Assembly (NCBI GenBank): GCA_900617105.1
Contig: UYFQ01000010.1
Location: 124,001-188,000, forward strand
Source: Hydrurus foetidus
Taxonomy: Eukaryota
DNA: 64,000 nucleotides
Reading direction: 5' to 3'
Positions 9,967-19,468 of the stretch are shown one piece after another (the first letter of the stretch is position 1; each line of letters starts with the position of its first letter). Made by a program: the position numbers and the translations under genes. Under the pieces are notes generated by a model that did no database searches, was not told the DNA's origin, and saw nothing but the letters and a program-made list of their open reading frames with translations.

Positions 9967-10436
9967 CTGGCAGCACAGCAAGTATCCCGCAGGCGCTTCC
10001 AAATGGACTGTGGGCGATTGCCTACATCAGCACATCTAGCTCACCGCTTTCCGAATCTGAAATCGAAGCCTTGCTAATTCGTGCAAGGGCTTTCAATTCC
10101 GAAGTCGGTGTCACTGGTGCACTCCTTGTGCACGAGCGCACCTTCTTTCAGTATTTTGAAGGACCCGCGCCAAGCGTTGCGTTGGTATACCAACGTGTCC
10201 AAGCCTCCCTTTTACACAAAAACATCATTGAGTTGTTGAATCAATCAGTCGACAAGCGGGTGTTTTCAAACTGGTCAATGGGCTTTGCCGAGGCATCACG
10301 TTCAATTGCGCTGCAACTCGAGCAAGCGCAGTGGCGCACCGCTGTGGGCGCTGTGAGCGGCGGGGCGCCTGGTAGCAGATCGGTGGGCCTGAACCTGTTG
10401 CTTGATTTCTGTGGCAATGTCCGCGGTGGCCTGTAA
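9954..10436 (+). CDS. Stand-alone BLUF blue-light sensor protein
   Basis: AYIS (Tyr), AFN (Asn), VTGALL, FFQYFEG (Gln), RVFSNWSMGF (Trp/Met). Confidence 0.88.
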   Translation: MPTLTGSTASIPQALPNGLWAIAYISTSSSPLSESEIEALLIRARAFNSEVGVTGALLVHERTFFQYFEGPAPSVALVYQRVQASLLHKNIIELLNQSVDKRVFSNWSMGFAEASRSIALQLEQAQWRTAVGAVSGGAPGSRSVGLNLLLDFCGNVRGGL

Positions 10437-10518
10437 GGGCACGACAAGCGCACTGCCCAGAGTAGTTCGCTCATCAAATAAAGCACAAATTTCAATAAAT
10501 GCAAATATCAAGGGATGC

Positions 10519-11100
10519 ATGCGCGTGGCCAGACCAAACCTCAGTTCCTACCTAACCGCCAAAGACGTTGCCCGTGAATGGATGGTTTCCACCAACACGA
10601 TCAGGCTATGGACCGACAAAGGCTTGCTCCCCTGCGAAACCACGCTGGGTGGCCATCGGCGCTTTTTGCGCAGCGAGGTCGAGAAAATCATCAAAACCCA
10701 AAGCGCTGTTGAAGCGAAGAAATCGCCGTCGATTTTGATCATTGAAGACGAGGTCGATCTGGCCCAAACCATTGCCGATGGTTTGCAAGAGGCTGTGCCC
10801 GGCATGGAGGTACTGGTGGCCAATGACGGTTTTTCGGGCGGCTTGAAGGCCAGCCTGCACACGCCAGACTTTGTGTTGCTCGATTTGATGATGCCGGGCC
10901 TCAATGGCATTGAGGTGTGCCGCATGCTCAAGCAAGAGGCGCACACCCAGCATGCGCGGGTCATTGCCTACACCGGCCAGGCCACTGAAGCGCAAATGCA
11001 AGCGGTGATTGCCGAGGGTGCAGAAATCTGCCTGCTCAAACCCCTTCGTATTTCGCGACTCCTGCAAGCCATAGGCCTTGGCAAAGGCATCAGCAACTAG
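10519..11100 (+). CDS. Response regulator with N-terminal excisionase/MerR-like HTH
   Basis: HTH followed by REC: ILIIEDE, LLDLMMPG, LLKP. Confidence 0.88.
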   Translation: MRVARPNLSSYLTAKDVAREWMVSTNTIRLWTDKGLLPCETTLGGHRRFLRSEVEKIIKTQSAVEAKKSPSILIIEDEVDLAQTIADGLQEAVPGMEVLVANDGFSGGLKASLHTPDFVLLDLMMPGLNGIEVCRMLKQEAHTQHARVIAYTGQATEAQMQAVIAEGAEICLLKPLRISRLLQAIGLGKGISN

Positions 11101-11400
11101 GTTTTTTGACTGTCTGTGTGATCAGAATGCGTCCCCCCGCCCCCCGCAAGCCATGAAATTCCTGGCCCAACTGAAGGCCCTGGGCGCAATGAGCTGGGCC
11201 GCGATGGCCCCTGGCAACACCTGTCGACCGTTGTTCCGCAGACCAACTTGTGGTCGAGTTTGGTAGGCAAGTTGGGCCATTTTTTTGGCATCAGCCCAGC
11301 GGTGTTTGTGCCGGGAGTACCATACCTGTCGTTCCGGTAGCACTTTGCTATGGCGATCAGACACCGCAAGTGATTGCATCGAAAGGCGAAGCAGAACTCC

Positions 11401-12633
11401 ATGCGATCAAAGATTGCCGACATCGAGGCCCTGAGGGTCCACCGCACCCAGTCGGCCGACGACCCCAGCAGCCTGTTGCACCCATTGCAGGTGCATCAGG
11501 TTGAGGTGGAGGTCCAGAATGAGGAACTGCGCCGTGTCCAGGCAGAGTTGCAACTGGCCCACGATCTTTTCTTCGATCTCTACGAGCTTGCCCCGGTTGG
11601 CTATTGCACGCTGAACAAAGAGGGAAAAATAGAGCGCATCAACCTGACCGCTTGTCAGTTGCTGGGCATGAACCGCAGTGCGCTCTTGGGGACCTACATC
11701 TTCCGCCGCCTCTTCGACGAAGATCAGCAATACTTCCATCAGTTACTGCAAAAGCAAGAAGTTGGAGTACCGAAAAATTCGCTGCTGAGAATGCGAATGG
11801 CCGATGGGTTACCGCTTTGGCTACATTGGGTTAGCCGCACCGAGTTGGATGTAAATGGCGAGTGGGTTTGGAAACTGGTTCTGACCGATGCCACTGAACT
11901 TCATCAGGCGCAAGAAGCGCAGCGCCGGTTGACAAGCGAGCTCAATACCCAGGTTCAAAACCTGAAGCTGTTGACGAAAGAGCTCACCCAATCCGAGCAA
12001 CTCGAACGCCACGCCTTGGCGGAAGACCTGCACGACAACTTTGCCCAATGGCTGGCTGCCATCAAAATTAATCTGGCTACCGTGGTCAATCTGGAAGGGA
12101 CTGCGTTGGTTGAGTCCGTCGGCAAGATGGACACTTTGCTGGGCCAGGCGGATGACGCACTGCGATCCTTGATCTACGAACTCAGCCCGCCCTCGCTCAC
12201 AGAGCTGGGTTTGGGGGCGGCCTGGGGGCATCTGATCAAGCTGCTGAGAAATTCGTATGGCCTGGTGGTTGTGCTCAACGACCAGGCTGCGCCCAAACTA
12301 TTGGACGAAGTGCGCAGCATCGTCGTTTACCGCTGCGTGCGTGAACTGCTGGTGAACGTAGCCAAACATTCGGGTGTCAAGCGGGCAGAACTCAGCTGCG
12401 TATTGACGAACGGCCAAATGGTGGTTGCGGTGAGCGACGATGGCTGCGGTTTCGATCCACTGCGCGTCAGTCAGTCGCGTCAAGCTACGGGGCGCTTCGG
12501 GTTGCAAGGCCTGCAGCGACGACTGTCGGCCATTCAAGGCAGCGTGGAAATTGACAGTGCGATGGACAAAGGCTGCCTGGTTGTACTTTCTGTGCCCATC
12601 CGCAGCGGCGCCCCTCAGAAGGTTTTTCCATGA
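11401..12633 (+). CDS. PAS-domain sensor histidine kinase (HisKA_3, NarX-like)
   Basis: PAS (YELAPVGYCTL), LAEDLHDN, ELLVNVAKHS, DDGCGF, FGLQGL. Confidence 0.9.
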   Translation: MRSKIADIEALRVHRTQSADDPSSLLHPLQVHQVEVEVQNEELRRVQAELQLAHDLFFDLYELAPVGYCTLNKEGKIERINLTACQLLGMNRSALLGTYIFRRLFDEDQQYFHQLLQKQEVGVPKNSLLRMRMADGLPLWLHWVSRTELDVNGEWVWKLVLTDATELHQAQEAQRRLTSELNTQVQNLKLLTKELTQSEQLERHALAEDLHDNFAQWLAAIKINLATVVNLEGTALVESVGKMDTLLGQADDALRSLIYELSPPSLTELGLGAAWGHLIKLLRNSYGLVVVLNDQAAPKLLDEVRSIVVYRCVRELLVNVAKHSGVKRAELSCVLTNGQMVVAVSDDGCGFDPLRVSQSRQATGRFGLQGLQRRLSAIQGSVEIDSAMDKGCLVVLSVPIRSGAPQKVFP

Positions 12634-13280
12634 TTCGAATTGTGCTCGTGGATGACCACACGGTGGTGCGCGAAGCCCTGCGTATTTTGCTGGAGCAAGA
12701 CGCTGAGTTGAGTGTGGTGGGTGAGGCCGGGGACGGCAAATCTGCGCTCCAAATGACCGCAGAGCTTCAGCCTGATCTGGTCGTGATGGACATCAGCCTG
12801 CCCGGCATGGATGGTATCGAGACCACGTCGGTTCTGCGCAAGTCACAGCCGCAGGTGCGCGTGCTGGCCCTGTCAACCAGTTGCCATGCAAGTGCGATCA
12901 AGCAGATGTTTCAGGCGGGAGCCACCGGTTTCATTGTCAAGTCCGCTGCGGCAGTGGCGCTCAAGCACGGCATACGCGCTGTGATGCAGGGTGGCAACTA
13001 CCTGTGTCCCCAGGCAGCGCAGGCCATTGCGGATGATCTGTCAGACCTACCGAGCACCTCCACAGAAACTCTCGCACAGCAACTGTCGCGGCGCGAACTC
13101 GAGGTAGCCATTGCCTTGGCCCAGGGCGGTAGCGCCAGCGTGGTGGCCGGCCAATTGCACATCGCAGAGAGCACCGTCGAGGTGCACCGGCGCAACATAC
13201 TGCGCAAGCTTGGTCTGCATAAATCTGTCGACCTCACGCGCGTCCTGATGCAGGCTGGCCTACTCTTACCAAAAAATTAG
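12630..13280 (+). CDS. NarL/FixJ (LuxR-type) response regulator
   Basis: LVDDH, VMDISLP, LSRRELEV...STVEVHRRNILRKLG; overlaps the kinase stop codon. Confidence 0.92.
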   Translation: MIRIVLVDDHTVVREALRILLEQDAELSVVGEAGDGKSALQMTAELQPDLVVMDISLPGMDGIETTSVLRKSQPQVRVLALSTSCHASAIKQMFQAGATGFIVKSAAAVALKHGIRAVMQGGNYLCPQAAQAIADDLSDLPSTSTETLAQQLSRRELEVAIALAQGGSASVVAGQLHIAESTVEVHRRNILRKLGLHKSVDLTRVLMQAGLLLPKN

Positions 13281-13494
13281 ACCTATTGTGGTAGTCGCTG
13301 TGCAGGTGCCGATACCTTTTTGAGGGTAGGGGAAATACTGCTTTCAGTGGATTCCATGCCCCACTGCTTCACGCTACGCTGAATAAAGAACGCCAGCGGC
13401 TGCCCACCCTGGCCGTGACGCGATCCACAGAGGCCGAGGCCTGTCTTTACTTGGTCGACTCACCAGGCGGGCAAAGCACTCGCTATGCCCAGTT

Positions 13495-13518
13495 ACCAAC
13501 TCACCAACTCACCAACTC
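13495..13518 (+). repeat. Tandem repeat (ACCAACTC)x3
   Basis: Three perfect 8-mers ending 3 bp before ATG 13522. Confidence 0.85.
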
Positions 13519-13521
13519 AAC

Positions 13522-16500
13522 ATGGACAATACCGCCCCCAACGCAGCCAACAAGGCAATGCCTTTGGGGCGCAAGCGCTTCGAGTGGGCACTTTGGGCCT
13601 TGCTGGTGGGTCTGGTGGGCGTCTTCCTCGCTTTCATCCACTGGGCCGAGGTGGACGCAGTCAATGCGGTAGAGCAAGACCGGCTGGGAACCCTCAGCAA
13701 GGTGATCGCGCGCAGAATCGGGGATAACCTGGCTGCCACCAATCGCACGCTGGCGGGCGTGATTGCAGACGATTTGGCGGCGCGCCGCCCCAATGGCATC
13801 CCCTTCAACGTCTCACTGCGACTAAGCGCCCTGATGGCGGCGACCAATGGCATCGACAGCATGGCGATGCTCGATGCCAAGGGAATCGTCGTTGCTTCAA
13901 CCATCCCCACGGCCATGGGTCTAGACTTGAGTGAGCGCCCTTATTTCAAGAACGCGCGCGACTCATCCGACAAAGAACGACTTCAGGTGTCTGCGCCGCT
14001 GCAATCACTTAGACCGGAGCGGGATCAAATCATGACCGTGTCGCGCATGGTGCCTGGCCCCAAGGGTGAGTTCGCCGGCTTGGTAGTGGTAGCGCTGACA
14101 CCGGCGTATTTCACAAAGGTCATTGCGCTCACCATGTACAGCCCAGACATGTGGGCCTATGTGGTGCATGGGGACGGCATTCAATTTGCTGACTTACCCG
14201 AACTCCCCGGTGCTGATGGAACGGATCTCAATGTGGCAGGCAGTCTCTACAGCCGCCACCGCGCCACCGGCCAAACTGACAGCATTCAAACCGGCACCGC
14301 CATCGCCTCGGGCGAACAACGGGTCATGGCGCTTCATACCTTGCAGGCAGATAGCTTGCACATGGATAAGCCTCTCGTGATTGGTATCAGCCGCAATCTC
14401 GTTGCCATCGACGGGCCACTGCAGAAGCAGGCGGTCACCTACGGCGTGTTTTATGCCATTGTGGTTATTTTTAGCAGCAGCGTACTGATCTGGATGCAAA
14501 AACGCCGTGCCCAGGCACTGGGGCTGTTTGCGGAACGCGCGCAAGATCACGTATTGGCCGATGAACGTCTCAAAATGGCGCTGCGGGGTGCCAACTTGTC
14601 ACTTTGGCACATGGATGTTGCCACCCGCATGATGACGTTTGACGATCACTGCTTCACCACCTTGGGCGTGGCCCCTCAAGACAAGCAAGACGACCCGCAA
14701 TACTTTTTGTCACGCGTCTTGCCCGAAGATTTGCCTGCGTATGAAGCGGCTCGTGAGGCCTGCATCGTGGGCACCACGCCCTTTTTCGAATACACCTTTC
14801 GCATCCAGCACACAGCGGGACATTGGTTGTGGTTTATTGCCCGCGGGCAAGCCGTTGAACGCGACCCGCAGGGGCAAGCTATTTCCCTCATGGGCACCCA
14901 TCTGAACTTCACCGAACTCAAAGAAGCAGAGCAAGAGGTGCGGCAGGGGCGCAATGAGTTGCTGGCCGTTTTTGACAACCTGTCTGAAGCGATTTTTGTA
15001 TTTGACAAGCACGAAAAAATTCTGCGCACCAACAGTATTGGCAAGAGCATGCACGGGCTGTTTGACACTGCCACGCCGTTGGCAGAGGTGATGCCCATGA
15101 TTGACATACTGGACGCCCACGGTGCGTTGCTGTCGCCAGACCAGTGGCCAAGTCGCCGGGCTATGCGAGGTGATTTCATCAAAGACCTTGAACTTCAAAT
15201 TCGACGCAAAGACACTGGCACGTTTGTCTACCAGGAAAACAGCACGTCGCCGATATTCGATGAGGCTGGTGAACTGCTCATGTTTGTCGTTACCGCCAGA
15301 AACATCACGGAGCGCAAGCTGCAAGAGAATTTGTTACGTGAGAGCGAGTCAAAACTGCGCCAAAGCTATGCCGAATTGGAGCAACGCGTGGTCGAGCGCA
15401 CCAATGAGCTGGTTCGACAGCAGGAGTTCACAAAAACAGTGACTGACGCTGTGCCCAACATGATTGGTTACTGGGACCGCGACCTGCACTGCAAATTTGC
15501 CAACAAAAGCTATGAGAAGTGGTTTAACGTGGACGCGTCATCCATTGTTGGCATGCATATCCGAGATGTACTTGGTGAGCGCCTTTTCCAGCTGAACCTA
15601 CCACTGATGCTGGCTGCACTAGAAGGTGAGAAACAGACGTTTCAACGCTCAACTCAGCGAGTGGACGGGACATCAGGTTATATGGCAGCCAGTTACCTTC
15701 CAGACTTTTCTGAGGGTACGGTAACGGGCTTTTTTGTCTTGGTCGAGGATATAACCGAAATCAAGACCGCTGAAAATAAACTGTTGTCCCTCAATGAGGC
15801 GCTGGGCATACAAGTAACAGTCTCAACTCGGGCCAGTCTTGCCAAGACCGATTTCCTAGCTAACATGAGCCATGAAATTCGTTCGCCGCTCAATGCGATC
15901 CTGGGCCTCGCCTATCTGTTGGAGCAGTCCAGCCTGAACGAGGATGCCTACCGCATGGTGCGCAAAATCAGGGCCTCAGGGCGCATGCTGCTGAGTTTGA
16001 TCAGCGATATTCTGGACATGTCCAAAATCGAAGCCGGGCAGATGATCGTTGAGCAAGCACCCTTCAGGCTGGCCGATGTGATGGACAACGTGGCCGTGGC
16101 GTTGGCGGTTGCCGTGGGCGAGAAAGACATTGAAATCGTCATGTCGCCTTTGCCTGCTGGACTGCTCACCATCTTGGGCGACGCTCTGCGGGTGGAGCAG
16201 GTACTGATCAACCTGATGAGCAATGCGGTGAAGTTCACGCAGGTGGGCAGTATTCAGGTGCGCACCGAGTTGCTCGGCAGCGTCAATTCAACCGCCATGC
16301 TGCGCTTTTCAGTGATAGACACGGGCATTGGCATCGCCCCAGAGCTGCAAGCAGGCGTTTTCTCCGCTTTTGCGCAAGCCGACACTTCAACGACCCGCCG
16401 TTTTGGCGGCACCGGTCTGGGCCTGACGATTTGCCGCCAACTGGTGAGCTTGATGGGTGGTGAAGTTGGCGTGATCAGCGCGCCGGGCGAGGGCAGTGAA

Positions 16501-18057
16501 TTCTGGTTTACCTTGCCGCTGCTGCAGGTGGACGACCCCAGGTACTCCTCGCCCAGTATGGCCGCCGTCAGCGCGCTGATAGCCGATGACAGCATCATTG
16601 CGCTGAAAGCCATTGCCGATACAGCGATGGCCTTGGGTTGGCAAGTGAGTACCGTGGACAGCGGTGCCGAAGCGCTGGCCCAGGTGCTGGAGCGCAAGAA
16701 CGGTCGGCTCCCCGATGTGGTGGTGCTCGACTGGCAAATGCCGGGTATGGACGGATTGGCAGCAGCGCGTTTGATTCGCGAGGGGGTGGCGCAGAACGAA
16801 TGCCCCATCGTGATCATGGCCACCTCCTATTCATTGACCAACTTGGCCGCCCAACCCGGGGCCGATTTGGTGGATGCGATTCTGCACAAGCCGGTGACCT
16901 CGTCAGGCTTGTACAACGCGGTCATGGAGGCGAAAAACAGACGGGCCGCCACAGCGGGTGTGATGCCCGCGCTGATGCAGGCGGCCAATGATGGTCTGGC
17001 CGGAATACGTCTTTTGGTGGTGGACGACAGCGACATCAACCGCGAGGTGGCACAGCGCATCTTGGTGGGTCAAGGCGCATCGGTCACCCTGGCCGAAGAC
17101 GGGCAGCAAGCCATAGACTGGTTGCTGGCGCACCCAGGCGAGGTGGACTTGGTGCTGATGGATGTGCAAATGCCGGTATTGGACGGCATAGAAGCGACCC
17201 GCCGACTGCGCCGCATGCCCCAGTTCGACAGTCTACCCATCGTTGCCCTGACTGCTGGTGCCTTCAAATCTCAACATGACGCTGCGATGGTTGCCGGCAT
17301 GACGCATTTTGTCAGCAAGCCGTTTGATGTTCCGTCCACCGTGGCACTCATTTCACGGATATGCAGGCCGCTATTGCCTTCGTCGCTGCAAGCACCGCTG
17401 CCGCCCGACACAAACGCTCAGAGGGTCAAGGCCGATTCACCCCCCACTGCGCGGGTCATGGACGTGTCACAGGGGCTGACTCTGTGGGCAGACACAAAAA
17501 CCTACCAGTCTTATCTGCAGCGCTTTGTCAACGACTACAGCGATGTGGACGTGGTGATGCAGACACATCTTGCTCGGGGTGAGCGGCAAAGTGCCGCAGC
17601 CCTTGCGCACAAACTGTCTGGTGTCGCGGCCAACCTTGCGCTCCCCAACATGCGGCAAGCATCGCAGGCACTTGAGCAGGTTTTGGAAACCCAAGATGAC
17701 TGCGCCCAGGCACTGGCCCAGTTAGGCGACGCACTAACAGCCGCGCTGGCAGAAATTCAACGGTACGCGCCCACGGCCTCCAACGCGCGCGATGCATCCG
17801 CCACCGCCACGATAGAAACGCTGGGGATATCCAGCGAGGCGCAACAAGCACTCAAACCACACCTGATCCAGTTGCTGGCAACTCTTGATTCAGACAACAC
17901 CACCCCGATTAAGGCAAGCTTGGCAACACTGGCGCAGCACCTGCCATCCGATGCGCTGTCCGCTATTTGGGCCTGTGTGTTGGGGTATGACTTTCGGGGG
18001 GCAGAAGCCCACACCAAACAATTGGCCATTCAATTAAAAATCGATTTATGGGAGTAA
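13522..18057 (+). CDS. Hybrid sensor histidine kinase (Cache-like, multiple PAS, HisKA, HATPase, 2 REC, HPt)
   Basis: Two TM helices, FLANMSHEIRSPLN, NLMSNAVKF, GGTGLGL, LDWQMP, MDVQMP, AHKLSG. Confidence 0.92.
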   Translation: MDNTAPNAANKAMPLGRKRFEWALWALLVGLVGVFLAFIHWAEVDAVNAVEQDRLGTLSKVIARRIGDNLAATNRTLAGVIADDLAARRPNGIPFNVSLRLSALMAATNGIDSMAMLDAKGIVVASTIPTAMGLDLSERPYFKNARDSSDKERLQVSAPLQSLRPERDQIMTVSRMVPGPKGEFAGLVVVALTPAYFTKVIALTMYSPDMWAYVVHGDGIQFADLPELPGADGTDLNVAGSLYSRHRATGQTDSIQTGTAIASGEQRVMALHTLQADSLHMDKPLVIGISRNLVAIDGPLQKQAVTYGVFYAIVVIFSSSVLIWMQKRRAQALGLFAERAQDHVLADERLKMALRGANLSLWHMDVATRMMTFDDHCFTTLGVAPQDKQDDPQYFLSRVLPEDLPAYEAAREACIVGTTPFFEYTFRIQHTAGHWLWFIARGQAVERDPQGQAISLMGTHLNFTELKEAEQEVRQGRNELLAVFDNLSEAIFVFDKHEKILRTNSIGKSMHGLFDTATPLAEVMPMIDILDAHGALLSPDQWPSRRAMRGDFIKDLELQIRRKDTGTFVYQENSTSPIFDEAGELLMFVVTARNITERKLQENLLRESESKLRQSYAELEQRVVERTNELVRQQEFTKTVTDAVPNMIGYWDRDLHCKFANKSYEKWFNVDASSIVGMHIRDVLGERLFQLNLPLMLAALEGEKQTFQRSTQRVDGTSGYMAASYLPDFSEGTVTGFFVLVEDITEIKTAENKLLSLNEALGIQVTVSTRASLAKTDFLANMSHEIRSPLNAILGLAYLLEQSSLNEDAYRMVRKIRASGRMLLSLISDILDMSKIEAGQMIVEQAPFRLADVMDNVAVALAVAVGEKDIEIVMSPLPAGLLTILGDALRVEQVLINLMSNAVKFTQVGSIQVRTELLGSVNSTAMLRFSVIDTGIGIAPELQAGVFSAFAQADTSTTRRFGGTGLGLTICRQLVSLMGGEVGVISAPGEGSEFWFTLPLLQVDDPRYSSPSMAAVSALIADDSIIALKAIADTAMALGWQVSTVDSGAEALAQVLERKNGRLPDVVVLDWQMPGMDGLAAARLIREGVAQNECPIVIMATSYSLTNLAAQPGADLVDAILHKPVTSSGLYNAVMEAKNRRAATAGVMPALMQAANDGLAGIRLLVVDDSDINREVAQRILVGQGASVTLAEDGQQAIDWLLAHPGEVDLVLMDVQMPVLDGIEATRRLRRMPQFDSLPIVALTAGAFKSQHDAAMVAGMTHFVSKPFDVPSTVALISRICRPLLPSSLQAPLPPDTNAQRVKADSPPTARVMDVSQGLTLWADTKTYQSYLQRFVNDYSDVDVVMQTHLARGERQSAAALAHKLSGVAANLALPNMRQASQALEQVLETQDDCAQALAQLGDALTAALAEIQRYAPTASNARDASATATIETLGISSEAQQALKPHLIQLLATLDSDNTTPIKASLATLAQHLPSDALSAIWACVLGYDFRGAEAHTKQLAIQLKIDLWE

Positions 18058-18060
18058 ATC

Positions 18061-19110
18061 ATGGGCATACAGACCATATTGATCGTGGACGACGAGCCCG
18101 TCAACCTGGCCATCATGGACGGCATTTTGGCCGCCACTTACCCCCTGGTATTTGCCCGCAGCGGGGCTGAAGCCTTGGCGGCGGTTATCAAACACCGCCC
18201 GGCTATGGTGCTGTTGGATGTGGGCTTGCCCGACACTGATGGCTATGCCTTGTGCCGGAAAATTCAGGAAGTCGACACCACGCACGGCGTGCAGGTCATC
18301 TTTGTCACCGGGTACAGCGATGCTGTTCACGAGGCCGCTGGCTTTGAAGCCGGTGGGGTGGACTACCTCGTCAAGCCCGTGTTGCCCCAGCTGGTACTGG
18401 CCCGGGTGAGCGCGCATTTGGCTCTTGTACAAGCCGCTGTGTTGGAGAGGAGCTACCGAGACGCCATTTTGATGCTGGGGCACGCTGGGCATTACAACGA
18501 CACCGACACCGGCGCGCATATCTGGCGCATGGCGGCCTACGCGCGCGCCCTGGCACGGGCCTGCGGTTGGGACGCAGACAGCAGCTCTCGCCTGGAACTG
18601 GCCGCCCCCATGCACGACACCGGAAAGCTGGGGGTACCACAGTCTATTTTGCGCAAGCCTGGCCCGCTGGATGCACAAGAGTGGGTCATCATGCGCACCC
18701 ATCCGAAGCTGGGTTTCGATATTTTGAGCAAGAGCCAGGCCCCCGTGTTTCAACTGGCTGCCGAGGTGTCCTTGCGCCACCATGAAAAATGGAATGGCAG
18801 CGGCTACCCCGATGGTTTGCAGGGCCAGGCCATCCCGCAATCGGCCCGCATTGTGGCGTTGGCCGACGTATTTGATGCGCTGAGCATGAAGCGGCCCTAC
18901 AAGGAGGCGTGGCCCATCGAAAAGATCACGGCCCACATTCGGGCCGATGGCGGGGTGCACTTTGACCCAGAGCTGGTGGCCGTGTTTAACAGCATCCTGC
19001 CGGAGATTCTTGAGATCCAGAGCCGGTGGGCGGATGCGGAAATCGAGCGAGAGGGCACGGCAGAACGCACGGCCCTACTGGCTCCGTATTCGAGGTGTTT
19101 ACCCGGTTGA
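18061..19110 (+). CDS. REC-HD-GYP cyclic-di-GMP phosphodiesterase (RpfG-like)
   Basis: REC domain, then MHDTGK and HHEKWNGSGYP motifs. Confidence 0.92.
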   Translation: MGIQTILIVDDEPVNLAIMDGILAATYPLVFARSGAEALAAVIKHRPAMVLLDVGLPDTDGYALCRKIQEVDTTHGVQVIFVTGYSDAVHEAAGFEAGGVDYLVKPVLPQLVLARVSAHLALVQAAVLERSYRDAILMLGHAGHYNDTDTGAHIWRMAAYARALARACGWDADSSSRLELAAPMHDTGKLGVPQSILRKPGPLDAQEWVIMRTHPKLGFDILSKSQAPVFQLAAEVSLRHHEKWNGSGYPDGLQGQAIPQSARIVALADVFDALSMKRPYKEAWPIEKITAHIRADGGVHFDPELVAVFNSILPEILEIQSRWADAEIEREGTAERTALLAPYSRCLPG

Positions 19111-19209
19111 TAGAACTTTGGCGCTGGCCTAAAGTCCCTATGCTGAACCTGGGCTGGTAGCGTGCATCCGCGCACTGGTCTGAAACAGGTCGTTGGACGG
19201 AGCATAAAA

Positions 19210-19458
19210 ATGGTTGAAGACAGCATTTATTTCAAGACGGTTGATGCCGCCTTTCCGAACCTCGGAAAGAAGATCAAGCTGTTCTGGGGCAACCCGGAAT
19301 TTGTGACGTTGATGCACGAGCTGCAGCACGACACCAGCGAGCGGCCGCGTGCCGGGTTTCCGGCGGACGTGTTGATGGCCATTCACGAACTGTCGATTGA
19401 CCATGACGCGATTTACCCGCAGCTGGCGCGCAGAGACGCCAATCTGTGGAATCTCTGA
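19210..19458 (+). CDS. Small hypothetical protein
   Basis: Coherent 82-aa ORF with IKLFWG...RAGFP..VL. Confidence 0.65.
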   Translation: MVEDSIYFKTVDAAFPNLGKKIKLFWGNPEFVTLMHELQHDTSERPRAGFPADVLMAIHELSIDHDAIYPQLARRDANLWNL

Positions 19459-19468
19459 GGCGTTTGGC

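Larger units (their letters stand above)
7500..19150. mobile_element. Probable degenerate genomic island at tRNA-His (boundaries approximate)
   Basis: Directly follows a tRNA; contains ORF debris, TA genes and accessory signalling genes with visibly more AT-rich codon use. No intact integrase or attR was found. Confidence 0.5.

Noticed and set aside
19126..19162. Possible extra copy of the dispersed motif (GGCCTAAAGTCCC...GGTAGC)
   Set aside because: The register is off by 2 bp and the terminal dyad is missing.
7430..19460. attR duplication of the tRNA-His 3' end and an island integrase
   Set aside because: No second copy of the tRNA end and no integrase ORF were found by eye, so the island limits remain approximate.
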